From Callorhinchus milii (Eukaryota): DNA of 64,000 nucleotides. Position numbers and translations under genes: made by a program. Positions 1 through 11,996 of this stretch are shown here, one piece after another. The stretch's first letter is position 1; every line of letters begins with the position of its first letter. Under the pieces are notes generated by a model. That model was not told the DNA's origin. It searched no databases and was given only the letters and a program-made list of their open reading frames with translations. The DNA is taken from contig NW_024704742.1 in the NCBI RefSeq assembly GCF_018977255.1, forward strand, positions 6,698,001 to 6,762,000, given 5' to 3'.

Positions 1-74
1 GGGGGTTAGCTTAATTAATGATTGAACTAGCTATCTACAGGTGTGAGAGAGGAGGAGGACAATGGATGGACTGA

Positions 75-260
75 AGATAATAATACCAACAATTATAATA
101 ATTCTTGTATTTGAGATAGCTCCTTTCATGTCAGGGGTGGCATCCCAAAGCACTTCACAGAATATAGTGTAACGTGGAGTGACCTTGATTTGTGGGCGAT
201 GGCGGCAGCCAATTTGCTCACAGCAACACCCACAAACAGCCCACAAAGCGAATGAGCAAT
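75..260 (-). mobile_element. Degenerate DeuSINE 3' half
   Basis: Reverse complement reads GTTTGTGGG..GCTGTGAGCAAATTGGCTGCCGCC..GTGCTTTGGGATGCC..GACATGAAAGGAGCTATCTCAAATACAAG(ATT)n, the SINE 3' end seen throughout the window. Confidence 0.75.
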
Positions 261-1046
261 GTTATTTTGGGAAATTATCTCAAGCTATCTATAAACCGAA
301 AGAAGGGGTTGTGAAACAGCCACAAGGCTTGAGATTTTCATTGATTCGGAAGCGGTTGTTATTTTATTTTGGAATTATTTTGCAGAATAAATAGAAACTT
401 TTGGTTTAATCATGAGGTCCTGGATGTGAATGCCTGCTCTGACAGATTACATAGAGCCAAAACAATTAAATCTGGAATTCGACCACAGTCTTCATCAGTG
501 AAAACTGCTGTCAAAAATCAATTTAACTCATCTGCCTTGTTCTGATCGTCAGTAAACTATTTATGGAATGTATCCCTTTAAATTACATACTTTGATCTTC
601 AGAATGTCTTGTGACCAATGTAATTTGTAATTTTCTTTGGATCTCACTTGTTGGTTACTTTTCTATTATCCTCTTAATTTTTAGATAACCTCTCTCTGGT
701 TCACATTGGTAAACAGTGGGGTGGCTGATTTTTTACGGTCTATGGAAAAAATAAGAATTATAATAAAACAATCAGTGGCATAATCCCCTTTTAGGAAAAG
801 GGAGGAGGGGTAAAAAAAGGCATAATTATTGCTTGTAAACTTAAGAACAGACAAAAAAAAACATTTAGCCCACCACTGGCACAGGATTGACAGATTTATT
901 GGATTAAGCACATATTTGTAATAGGTATCTCAAGGCATTTGCACTTTAACGTTGAGATATCACTGCAAGCTGCAAGAGCACAGGATAATTACTGTCATCT
1001 CAAACCTGAGATCTGATACGTTTTTGCAGCACAGGATTGCTGTATA

Positions 1047-1272
1047 TAATAATAATAATAATAATAATCCTTGCATTTGATATTGCGCTTTTCACAGACG
1101 ACTCAAAGCGCTTCATAGAATATGCTGTAAAGTGAATTGACTGTATATTTGTGGGCGAAACGCGGCAGCCAATTGCGCACAGCAGCGTCCCACAAACAGT
1201 CGCGGATTGAAAATGACCCAGGTGTCTTGCTTGCAAGGCGAGTGCTCTAACCACTGAGCTGCAGGACTCCAC
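1047..1272 (-). mobile_element. tRNA-Ala-derived SINE, internally deleted copy
   Basis: Head GTGGAGTCCTGCAGCTCAGTGGTTAGAGCACTCGCCTTGCAAG joined directly to the 3' core and (TTA)n tail; the middle is missing at about 1218. Confidence 0.9.
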
Positions 1273-1280
1273 AAAACCCC

Positions 1281-1402
1281 ATAATAAATAATAATAATAA
1301 TCCTTGCATTTGATATAGCAACTTATCACATTCTTGAGACATCTCAAAGTGGTTCATAGAATATATTGTAAAGTGAAGTGACCTTACATTTTGTGGGCGA
1401 AA
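1281..1402 (-). mobile_element. SINE 3' fragment
   Basis: AATAATCCTTGCATTTGATATAGCA..GAGACATCTCAAAG..GTAAAGTGA, the tail of the same family. Confidence 0.85.
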
Positions 1403-1713
1403 TATGAGGTCCCTTAAAAAAAATTCATATTCTATAGATGGAGTTTGTTAAATGTTTTCATTCATTTTTTTGTGGTTCATGAATGTAATGTACATGATTT
1501 CATTGACCTTTATTACCATTCTTAATCTTATGACTTCTGGAGTATGAATAATCCTAGCTCTGCGGAAAGAACGGTTCTGTATACTCTCAGCTCATAGGCT
1601 GTGACACTGAAAATTGAGATGTATCAGTGGTGTATGAGTTCAGTTGCCTTTGGTTCTCTGAGAGTTAATTGTATAATATAAGATCAAGATGTTTGCCAAG
1701 TGTGATGAAAGGC

Positions 1714-1726
1714 AGAAGAAGAAGAT

Positions 1727-1757
<31 letters not shown>

Positions 1758-1783
1758 AAGAAGAAGAAAAAGAAGAAGAAGAA
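1714..1783. repeat. (AAG)n microsatellite
   Basis: About 23 near-perfect AAG units abutting the (AAC)n tail of the adjacent L2. Confidence 0.97.
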
Positions 1784-2240
1784 AACAACAACAAATTACA
1801 TTTATGTAGCACCTTCCACATCTCTGGGCATTCAAGGATTTGCACCCAAGCTGGGAGTTGGGATCAGGAGGGTGAAGAACAGGGAGGGTGGGGTTTGGAG
1901 GGTGTCCGAAGGTGCGGTCGAAAACGAAGGTCTTGAGATGGGCCTAGAAGGAGGCAAGGGAGGGTTGAGGTGATGGGACTGTGGGATGGAGTTCCAAAGG
2001 GTAGGAGCAGAATGGCTGAAGGCCCGACCACCAATGGTGGAGCAAGCAGGTCATGGGACATGGAGCAGGCCAATGTCCACTGAACGAAGGGAGTGAACGA
2101 GTCAGTATGGAGTTAGCAGATCACAGAGATGGGAGAAGCAAAGCCGTGGAGGGCTTTGAAAGTGGGGATGAGGATCTTGGACTCTATCCTCTGGGGGATG
2201 AAGAGCCAGTGGAGCCTGGCAAGGATAGGGGTGACAGGAA
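1784..2240 (-). mobile_element. L2 LINE 3' fragment
   Basis: (TTG)n tail on the minus strand and the L2 ORF2 C-terminus (LHWL.., GGRAFS..AP.LWNS.P). Similar to 54688-55160. Confidence 0.88.
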
Positions 2241-2294
2241 CAAATACAGATGATGATGTCTTACTTTTTGGGGGCTGGGAAATGATGTGGTACT

Positions 2295-2451
2295 GGGAAT
2301 TAGATAAGTACTTAAAAATGATTAATGTGCAGGGCTATGGGGTAAGAGTGGAAGAGTGGAACTTGTTGTAGCTCTTTCAAAGAGCCAACACAGGCACGAT
2401 GGGCCGAATGACCTTCTTCTGTACTATAAGATTCTATGATTTTATGATTCT
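2295..2451 (+). mobile_element. CR1 LINE 3' end
   Basis: GATGGGCCGAATGACCTTCTTCTGTACTATAAG followed by (ATTCTATG)-type octamer tail. Homologous to 46570-46729. Confidence 0.88.
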
Positions 2452-3239
2452 TTCTTCAAACTTTGGCAGCTTCATGAAATTTAATTTAGCCCTTCTATGA
2501 ATGTTACAATTAAGAACGTGTCAGTTGGCTCAGCTGATAGCACTCTCACCTCTGAATCTTTACATTCGACATTAATTCCTGTCAAACTCTTGGAGTCACT
2601 TAACAAGGTGATGAAGCACTATTTCAAAGGCAAGTTTTTTTTCAACCACAATGTGGACAAAAGTTATTTTCTTATTTAGTTCATGACTCTGTAGCTCAGG
2701 TCACAATAATATTATTTTTTCTATCTACATCTGCCACTGACTGAAAGCATAATTCCATCTTTTGAAAACCATTTATTTTGATGAACAACAACAACAGCAA
2801 CAACTTGCATTTATATAGCACTGGGGCAGCATTCTGGAGCACTTATCAAGACCCTAAGTGAGAAGAAAAAAACTTTCAACACACCCTGTTAATCAAATCT
2901 AGAGTCCAAAAGTTAAAACCCTGTGTCCTCATCCAAGGCACCACTCAGTCCTTCCAAGCAGTCAGTTTACGGTAAAAGTTGCAGTATGAAGAATCATAGA
3001 ATGAAACATATTTTTTAGATTAAAGCCTGAATAAATGTCAAGAATGAACTGCCTGTTTATCGCAACTCAGCTTGAACTTTTTGTTTTCTCTATTTCATTA
3101 ACATTTTAGAAAGCTTCAGTCTGCCAATTTCTAATACAAAGATGTTACAGCTATAATGATACCAAAATCCAAACTTTGTGTACATAGCTGTAGAGCAGGA
3201 CATCAGAATGGAAGGATTTATCAGAAGGTTTAGGGAGGG

Positions 3240-3590
3240 GTGCTGAGGCTTGGAACATTTCACTTCCACATCTGGAATCTGGTTGTGATCACAAACAGAT
3301 GAGATGATGTTTTGTCACTCGGAATATTCTTTAAAGGCTCATAAGGGTCTCCGATGTGAACAGAATGTTTTGCAGTATTTGGACAGTTTCTGCTTTGTTG
3401 ATAGGTTACTCTTGATGCAATGTGTTTGGCTTGTGAGGCTAGTGAGGGGAATGAAGTGCTACACTGGAAGAATATCTGGGTAACTTACATGGTGTTCTGT
3501 AGCATTTGGCATGGGACACATTGATTTTTTCACTGTCTGTAAAGAACAAGCATGGCTCAGTTTACAAGCCTCACCATCCAAAGCCATGAC
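3240..3590 (+). mobile_element. Possible very old LF-SINE-like remnant
   Basis: Patchy resemblance by eye to the LF-SINE layout (TTTCAC.TC head, ATGTGAA...CAGTT block, CTGT..TGT..A.AA.A 3' block). Weak. Confidence 0.25.
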
Positions 3591-3669
3591 AAGTGTGTCC
3601 ATCTAAATCAAAGCGTTTAATCAAAATGAAAGTACACATACATAATAATTTACAATATATTTCTTTAGG

Positions 3670-3810
3670 CTGGACAATGACAGTAGAACAAGAGGGCATA
3701 GGTTTAGAGTTGCAAAAGGCAATTTCAGGACAGACACCAGGAAATATTTCTTTACCCAGGGTAACTAACAACAGGAATAGCAGGAAAGGTACTTGAGGCC
3801 AGGACACTCA
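3670..3810 (+). mobile_element. CR1 ORF2 C-terminal fragment
   Basis: TTGCAAAAGGCAATTTCAGGACAGACACCAGGAAATATTT is nearly identical to 5343-5380 in the larger CR1. Confidence 0.75.
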
Positions 3811-3920
3811 TAATAATAATCCTTGCATTTCATTTAGCACTTTATTATGTCTTCGAGACGTCTTAAAGCTCTCACACAATATAAAATGAATTGATTGTAT
3901 ATTTTGTGGGCGAAACGTTA
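3810..3920 (-). mobile_element. SINE 3' fragment
   Basis: ATAATAATAATCCTTGCATTT..GTCTTCGAGACGTCTTAAAG..GTGGGCGAAACG. Confidence 0.85.
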
Positions 3921-4539
3921 GATGCTCTCAGCAAGACATGGACATGTTTCTCAGCCACCTTCTCAGGCTGCACGTTCCACTGCCAAATATGGATCGTCAT
4001 TCCAATCATCTTGCCCAATTTAATGGTGTCAAATGTGGGGACATGTTTCCTCAAAGGGCTATCCGATGGACATTAGAAATATACATGGCAGAATGCAACC
4101 TGCTCACCAGATACACACTGATTGCCATAAATATCCCGTATTTCTATTCCAAATTTGTATTTGTTTGAGAATGACATACAAATTCACACATGGCAATACT
4201 TTGGAGTTAAACAAGTTTATGTACAGTTGTCTGCACTATGTCCATTTCAGTTTACAAGCCTACAGCTCTGATAAATAGGTCTCCTGCAGTAAACCAATGA
4301 CACAGAGCATATAAGTCCATTTTACAAGGGTATGAATTCATTTTACTGGCCCACTTATGTCCTGCACATCACAAGACAACAAGCATAAAGGTGCTTGGTT
4401 TTCATGTTGCATTCTGGTCACATGCACACAATATGTGAGTCTCGCGTTAATGCCTATCAGCTGTTTTCTTTATACACTAACATGAAAGACTCCTTCGCAA
4501 ACTACTTTCATAAGAGTAAATTTCCATTGAGTATTAACA

Positions 4540-5692
4540 AAAGCAAGACATGGGCATGGATTTGAAATTAGCTGAAGGAAGGAAGTAGAGAGTAGTTGTT
4601 GGGGGAGCTGCATCAAAATGTGTGAGTGTGTGAGGGGAGTATTGAGTGGGGTGCTGCAGGATTCTCTCCTGGGACCCTCCTATTCCTTGTATACATTAGT
4701 GACTTAGACTCACAGACTCCCTACAAGGTAATCACATTAACAGTTGATACCTAGCTAGGGGGATCTGTGGAATCAGAGGGAAACAGCAAAGGTCTTACAA
4801 GGGAAACTTTATAGGTTATGCACATGGGATGGATGATGACTGGTAAATGAAATTCAATACGGAGAGATGCAAGTTACTACTCATGAGAAGTAAGAGTAGA
4901 AGACACATATACTCATGAATGGAACAGAACGTGCCAAGGAGAAAGCTGAAAGAGATCTAGAGGTGGCAGTTGACTCACTACTCAAGATAGTGTGAGGCAA
5001 CAATAATCAAAGCAAACAGAATTATTTGAGTTTAGATCCCCAGATGTCATACTAAAGCTATATAGTACTCTGGTCAGACCTCACCTAGAGTACTGCATAG
5101 AGTTCTGGTCCCCGCAACATAAGTTAGCTGTTCAGGCCTCAGAGGAGAGCAACAAGGACGATCCCTGGTGTTAGAGGAATGAACTATGACCAATGATTAG
5201 ACGAGAGCTCTTCAATCTTGAAAAGAGAAGTCCCAAAGTGAACCTGATAGAGGTGTACAACATCTTAAATGGGATAGAGAAGGTTCACCTAGAACAATAC
5301 TTTTGCAGCGAGATAGCAGAAGAAGAGGACACGAGTTTGGATTTGCAAAGGGCAATTTCAGGACAGACACCAGGAAATATTTATTTATCCAGAGGGCAAT
5401 TAACAAATGAAACAGGTTACCAGGAAGGGAAGTGATGCCTACACATAGACACCTAGGTGCGTATCATGCTAGTTTAATTGATCCCTCTCTTAAATCTGGT
5501 TCAGACAGTTATAAGCTCAAGGATTTTGAGCTAACATGAGGGAGAAGGGAATAAACGGTATGGGAACAGGTTAGGGTTAAGGTTAGGGTAGGGAGAGGGA
5601 ATTAGGGTGGATCCATACGGCACATAAATACTGGCACAGACTTGTTGGGAAAATAGCCTATTTTCATGTTGTACAGTCTAGGTAATTCTATG
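4540..5692 (+). mobile_element. CR1 LINE, decayed RT region to 3' end
   Basis: Disrupted translation gives SGVLQDSLLG..FLVYISDLD, MKFNTERCKLL, KLYSTLVRPHLEYCIEFWSP and LIEVYNILNGIEKV, typical CR1 ORF2 motifs. Many stops and frameshifts. Confidence 0.92.
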
Positions 5693-6484
5693 CAAGTATG
5701 TCCTCCTGATGTGAAATGTGCTATACAAATGTAATTTGTTGTTTTTACTGTTGTAAATAAAATGGCCAAGGCTCTCCTTCATCCAAATCTCTCTTGTGGT
5801 GTTGTGATCTTATTCCTGCTCTATCTACTCTTTCACGCTGTGTCTTTTCAAATTATGTATTTAGCAAGCCTATGCCATACAGAATAAAAACCTTAAGTAC
5901 ATTTAGGATGATTTTTGAGATCACATCTAGAATGAAGTGGGAGGCAAATGAAATAATTGAGGAGCATTACAGTACCCTCTGTAATTAAAATCTAAATTAT
6001 GAGTTAATTTAAACAAAATAGTTTAAGCGAAATAAATCACATGCCTTTGTACTAATTAAAATTCTTCACAAGGACCATTTGAATATTGAATTTATTTTTA
6101 CCGGTAGAGAAAATACTGCTATTCAGAAGTTATCAGGTCCTCAGCTCTTGAGATAGTCTAATGATTTATTTTACCCATCACTTCTCCATCACATAACACA
6201 AATTAACTAACACCTAGAAGAGTAATTCTATCAATATTAATAGCATGAAAAGTGTGAAAGGCGCTGTGCAAATGTCATTTTGTTGTTGTTGGAAAGAGAA
6301 GAGTTAATAGGGCATTGAGACAGGAAGGAGGATGCATAAAGGAGAAAGGTGAAAGCTTATGGCTGAAGAAGTTGGAATGAACTTAGTGTGCAATACATTT
6401 GGACTGTTGTACAGAGATGTACATTTTGCTTTCTTTGTGGATGAGTACAGTATCCAAATGTTTCTTAGTACTCTGAAACCAAAA

Positions 6485-6975
6485 GCTTCTCTGGCGGTCT
6501 CAGTAATCTGGTTCCTGAACCAGGCCTATAGTACTCCAGGCATTACCTATGCCAGACTAGCCAGCCTGGCTCATCAGTAGGAGTTGGAGAGGAGCAAGAA
6601 GCAGGGACTTTTCCCAATACTCCTGACTGCCTGAAAGCCTAATAGGTAAGGTGGTCTGAGCTGAACAAGCAGCAGAAACCTTGCTAGACATTGCTCTCAA
6701 TGGCAAGCCATGTGGTTTTAACTGGCTGAACTCAAGCAGTACCCCAACACACACCCTGTGATCCCCAAGCCTTAGCTCTTGCCGACCTATACTCAATACT
6801 GTCTGGAATCAGCTAAACAAGATGTGTCCTTCCAGGGAAAGAATGTGGATTCCAGTCCAGACAGAGGAATTTCCATGTGTAGGTGGTTTATACATGTGGA
6901 ACTCTCAGTCAGGTTTGGATACTCTGAAGTATGGTGATGGGTTTCCACATGTGTCAGACACCTGGCTAACCAAAA
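6485..6975 (-). repeat. Unclassified dispersed repeat, copy 1 (longest)
   Basis: Aligns by eye with 14698-15050 and 62615-62690 (opposite strand) and with 32056-32408 (same strand). Strand chosen from faint endonuclease-like motifs. Confidence 0.85.
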
Positions 6976-7968
6976 GAGGCAAAGAATTATTTAAAGTTGT
7001 AAAGAAGAGGAACAAGGAACATAACTCAGCCACGCTGAAAGTGGATGCATATAAATGAGGGAGAGTCATGACACTGGGATGTAATAAAAGACAACATGGC
7101 CTGAAATTAGGTCCATCAAAATCATGCCTCACATGCTCAAATATGGAATCCATCACATGTAAAATGTTGAGTCATAGATAAAGAATCTTGCTAAACTGGA
7201 CATTAATGCCTAAATCAGCCAATGCCTGGAAACTGTGATTTATTAAATAAATGCAGATGCTTATTAAATGAATACACATGTTTGTTGTTAAGAAGAGACA
7301 AACACATTTATCATCCAAGTTGCAATACCAACCAAACCTTCATTTGTATAATTATTCTCCTGATCGCCTTGAGCCCAGATAATCCACAGAGATATACAGG
7401 TAAAGAATGCAATGTTTAATAACACATGTGATGCATTAATTATCACATTGAATCAATTAAGAAAAATTGCATTTTTCACAGCATTATTATTAAGATATAC
7501 ACTCTATCCCAGCAAGTATGTACCGGTCACACCTCCTCTCCTTTGTGGCTTCGCCAGATTGTTTAATAACAACATTCTTTGTATTTGATATAGCACCCTA
7601 GCTTGTCAACTAGTGACAATACTCTGGATAGGTTGGGGGTGGGTGGGGGGTGGGGGAGGAAGTAAGCAGGGTTTCCTTGAAGCCAAGAAGTCTCCGAGGT
7701 GACATCCTTGGCAATGGAATGTCATGATTGAGTCAACTCTTTGTGGCACTCTGCATAGTCGAGCAGCTGATTTGGCGTCTCAGTCTATATAATGTGAGTT
7801 CACAGCCCTGACTATGTAGCAGTAATCCTACTTGTGGCGTTATTAACATTTCAGTTATTAATACTTAATTTACATTTTGATAGTGAATTAAATAAATCCC
7901 TGACGAATTTGATTTTGAGTTGAAGTTATCAGCGAAAGGAATAGTCAAGATAAGTCAGGCCTGACTAG

Positions 7969-8031
7969 TCTCTAGCCTTCAGTCCTAGAAGTGTTTACCA
8001 AATCTCTAGCCTTCAGTCTTAGAATGCCTAA
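7969..8031. repeat. Short tandem duplication, about 34 bp period
   Basis: TCTCTAGCCTTCAGTC(C/T)TAGAA at 7969 and 8003. Confidence 0.85.
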
Positions 8032-9329
8032 TCTCATCCAGGGGGTGGGGGGAGGTGGAATGGAGGGTAAGAACGCAACCATGTTGCTTGTGCCTTGAGA
8101 ACACAGGTTTATGTTGGCAGGGGTAAAGGAATTAAAGACTCCAAAATAACTGCCTCGGAGGTCCTGCTGGATTTGAAACAGGCAAACCCAATCTGCCATT
8201 TTCCACAATTTGTACGTGTTAAACATGTGCGCCACGAGACACATTTGAAGCAGAGTCAGTACCTACCACAGCGCTAGACAAATGATTAGTAACAAATGTG
8301 CCATATATTTGAGCTGGCACTCAAAACACTACTGTGATGTGGATATAATGGACTAGAAACTGTGTTTTAATTGCGTTGCTTATGGAAGCTGAGAAACATA
8401 GAACATGAATGTTGGTAACTAGAGCTCAGAACGAATTTCGGAGAATAAGGTGATAACACTAAACTGGATTTTTTATAACAGTCAATCTAGCAAGCTACTG
8501 CAACACAGAGGCAATTTATGGACAATGGAGCAAGCCAATAATTGCTATTTTTCTTGGCATAATGATGTTTGCTAGGTGTGGGCTGCTTTTCGTCTAAAAC
8601 TTCCTCCTTCCCCTCCATTCCCTCCATTTGCCAGAGGAAAGGACATTTGGAAACATTGCTGTAGGGAGAGTAACTACCTTTGGAAATGCTGTCCTGACAT
8701 TGGGATCCAGAGGTAGCTTTATGTGAAATTCCCTAATTTATTTGAGACATTCATTTCAGTTTCCACTTCTTCCTAATAATGCACCCAGCAGCCATCCCAG
8801 GGTTTAACCTGCTTCAGCTCTTTGTGGTTTTGCAGATCGGGTCTGGTTTTCTGGGCGTAGGGAGTGGGGGAAATCTTTTTTCTTGGTTAAAGACCAAAAT
8901 TTGGTCCACTCAATCCACCACTATTTGTGGGATATGGTGAAGCGCTTTGAGGCGTCTCGAAGACGTGCTGAGGCGTGATATCAAACACAAGGATTATTAT
9001 AAAAGGTTATTCCAGCCCTGCCTGGGGCTGAACACAGCCTCCCAGAAATCCATTATGGCAGCTCGTAACATTTTCAGCCAGTGTCCCGCTATTCAGAGGT
9101 CAGGGATTTCAAAATGTTTCAGAAAATATATTTTAACCATAAGGCAACATTTGGGGTCAAAGTGATTTTTTTAGTTAATTAAAACAAGGAAATATCTGGG
9201 AAATTGGTTCCTTAAATAATCCCGCATGAAGTCTCAAAAACAACAGCATTTATATAATGCCCTTCAGGTGAAGTTGTGTCTCAGAGTCTTCCTCACTGAG
9301 CCAACTAATCTGCTCCAGGTCTTTGATCC

Positions 9330-9470
9330 ACAAGGCCACTTCTCCTCCCTTCCCGCCCCCACTCCCAGCTCGGGTCTGAAATGCTGTACTCTGTCCAGTG
9401 CCTTGGGGCGTCCTCCCGACGTGAAAGGCGCTATACAAGTGTAATCTTGTGGTTGTTGTTGTAGTTGTTG
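9330..9470 (+). mobile_element. L2 LINE 3' end
   Basis: CCCAGCTCGGGT..CTGTCCAGTGCCTTGGGGCGTCCTCCCGACGTGAAAGGCGCTATACAAGTGTAAT followed by (TTG)n. Confidence 0.85.
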
Positions 9471-9749
9471 CAGCCAAGGCGTAAAATAACACAGGAAGCC
9501 GTCAGTGAAGCTAGTTTTGGGTCCCAGGTTGTTTGCGGGAATTTAAGTCCTTATAAGGAGTGCAGTAAACACTGAGTAGAGAAATCCCTTGCTTTAGTTA
9601 GCACAAAGCAACACAGCAAATCTTAGCCCAACATTTCTTGCTAAAGAAACAGAATAATATAAATTATAGAAATAAAATTGGTTAAAAGTTAATTTCACAT
9701 CTGACCATTTTTCTGAAATTCAAAGCATTCAATATATTTGGATTCTGGA

Positions 9750-9845
9750 TGATAATAATAATAATCCTTGCAGTTGATGTAGCACCTTATCACGTCTTTG
9801 AGACATCTGAAAGCGCTTCACAGAATATACTGTAAAGTATACTGT
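9750..9845 (-). mobile_element. SINE 3' fragment
   Basis: (AAT)n-CCTTGCA..CACCTTATCACGTCTTTGAGACATC. Confidence 0.85.
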
Positions 9846-9884
9846 ATACTGGAAAACAACATTGCTATGCAACTGCTGAAGAAA

Positions 9885-10202
9885 TGGAGTCCTGGAGCTC
9901 AATGGTTAGAGCACTCGGCTCGCAAGCAAGAGACCTAGTTTGGATTCCTGGCAGTGTGAAATCTTGGGCTAGTTTCCTTACTCTACACGCCTGATAATAA
10001 TCCCTCAAGGAAATAAATAAAATAACAATTTGGTCACTCAATCCACGACTGTTTGTGGGATCCTGCTGTGTGCTATTGGCTGCTGTGTTTCGCCCACAAA
10101 CATACAGTCAATTCACTTTACAGTATATTCTGCAAAGCGCTTTGAGACGTCTCAAAGACTTGATGAGGCACTATATCAAATGTAAAGACTATTATTATTA
10201 TT
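9885..10202 (+). mobile_element. tRNA-Ala-derived SINE, full length, short body
   Basis: tRNA head with A and B boxes, short middle, 3' core, (TTA)n tail. Confidence 0.92.
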
Positions 10203-10204
10203 GT

Positions 10205-10600
10205 TCAGGTCATGGAGCCATGGACATTCAAAGCGCAGAAGGCAATTCAGCACACTGGGTCTGTGCTGGCTCTTTCAAAGAACAATTCATTCATTCCTAG
10301 ATTCCTGCTATTTGCCTTTACCCCTGCCAATTACTCCTTTTTAGATATCTATCCAGCTCCCTCTTGAAAGCAAATATGAATCCTGCCTCGATCATTATAT
10401 CCAACAGAACGTTGCACATGCTAACAGCTCTCTTAAGTTAAAAAAACTCCCATTTACCAATGTTAATTATTTTAAATTGCTGCCCTCTAGTCACCGACTT
10501 CCTGACCAGTGGAAATAATATCTGCCTATCTACTCTATCAAACCCCTCATAATTTTAAATACCTCTATCAGGTCTCCCCTGAACCTTCAATGAAAATAGA
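10205..10600 (-). mobile_element. CR1 LINE 3' fragment
   Basis: GCTGGCTCTTTCAAAG..TATCCAGCTCCCTCTTGAAAG..CCCTCATAATTTTAAATACCTCTATCAGGTCTCCCCTGAACCT is the reverse complement of the CR1 C-terminus (RGDLIEVFKIMRG). Confidence 0.88.
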
Positions 10601-11625
10601 TCTAGTTCCTCTGGCCATAGCTCCATTCAGCATCAAATACACTTTACTGAGACTAAACACAAAACTATTTCCTCTTAATGTTATGTTGAATCTGTTGCGG
10701 AGTATGGTGTTTTTAACCTCTAAGTTTTAAACAAACATTTCCAGGTAACACTTTTCAAATCCTTTACAATTTGCTGAACTGTTTCTGTGAAAGTTAGTTT
10801 TACAGTCTAAAAAAATCACTTTAATCCATCTTTTACTAGGCTACTGATAGATCTACTTGTAGCTGAGCTAGGAACCACCGCAAAACAGTGTTGCCGGCTG
10901 ATATTCTATCCCTGTATTTGTTCAAGCAACATCTTCAGTCAACTTTTACCACTTGTTCCCATGCAAGGCTCCTGACACTGGGACACTGCCAGGTTGTTGT
11001 TTGTTGTTATTACTGTTTATATAAAAATAAAGGAATGCAGCAAGGCTTTGCTTTGGGACTTATTGATTTCAGTGTAGAGAACAATGAGATGCTTGTTCGC
11101 AGCTGAGATTTGCCCCAATTCCAGCGGTTTGGCAGACCATAGCACTAGCTGAAACAAATTAAACTGAATTATAGGAACCGCATGAAAGGTTGCAGTTTGG
11201 TGCTGCCCTGTACTTTGGGTGCTGCAGCGAGACTGTATAACTTTACACACCTCCTGGTACAGAACAATAGCAAACAAAGAGACCACGGCAGCTGTCCCAG
11301 CCCAACAAAGTTTTGCAATGTTACACTTAGTGTCAATCGGTCTGAGGTGACTCCTCAATCTCCTCGCTCCAAAAATAGCTTTTTGCTTTGAGAGAAATGG
11401 GAATGAAATGCGTGAGAAACCTGAGTCCTTGGGACTCGCAGGCAAACATATAGAGTTGTAAGACCAGGGGCAGATTAAGCTTGCTGGGGACACAGGGCTC
11501 TTACAGTTTCGGGCGTCGCTCTTTGCATGTTCAATTCCTTCCCTTTAATATTTTATCACCACCCAGCAATGCCAAACACTCTTGTTAATTTACCTTGGTT
11601 ATTTCAGCTCCATTTTTTAAATGTG

Positions 11626-11996
11626 ATAATAATATAGTAATAATCCTTGCATTTGTTAAAGCGCCTTATCGTGTCTTCGGGATGTCTTAAAGTGCTTCAC
11701 AGAATACACAGGGAAGTTAATTGATTGTATATTTTGTGGGCAAAACGCGGCAGCCAATTGCGCACAGCAGTGTCCCACAAACAGTCGTGGATTGAGTGAT
11801 CAATTTTTTTTTAAGGACCTATTACCCCCAGAAAAGCAATCCGTCAATCGACTAACAACTGGGTTCCTACTTACTGCTAGGTAAACAGAGGCGTGTGGAG
11901 GAAGGAAACTTGCGCAACATTTTGCCTTGCCGGGAATCGAATCCAGGTCTGTCGCTTGCGAGGCGAGTGCTCTAACCACTGAGCTACAGGACTACA
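11626..11996 (-). mobile_element. tRNA-Ala(CGC)-derived SINE, long subfamily, full length
   Basis: Head TAGCTCAGTGGTTAGAGCACTCGCCTCGCAAGCGA..GGATTCGATTCCCGGCAAGGC; middle AGCAGTAAGTAGGAACCCAGTTGTTAGTCGATTG; (TTA)n tail. Confidence 0.95.

Noticed and set aside
1689..1973. 94 aa poly-lysine ORF
   Set aside because: Translation of the (AAG)n microsatellite plus antisense L2 sequence.
11017..11493. 158 aa minus-strand ORF
   Set aside because: Non-ATG start, no recognisable domain and no convincing splice context; compatible with chance.
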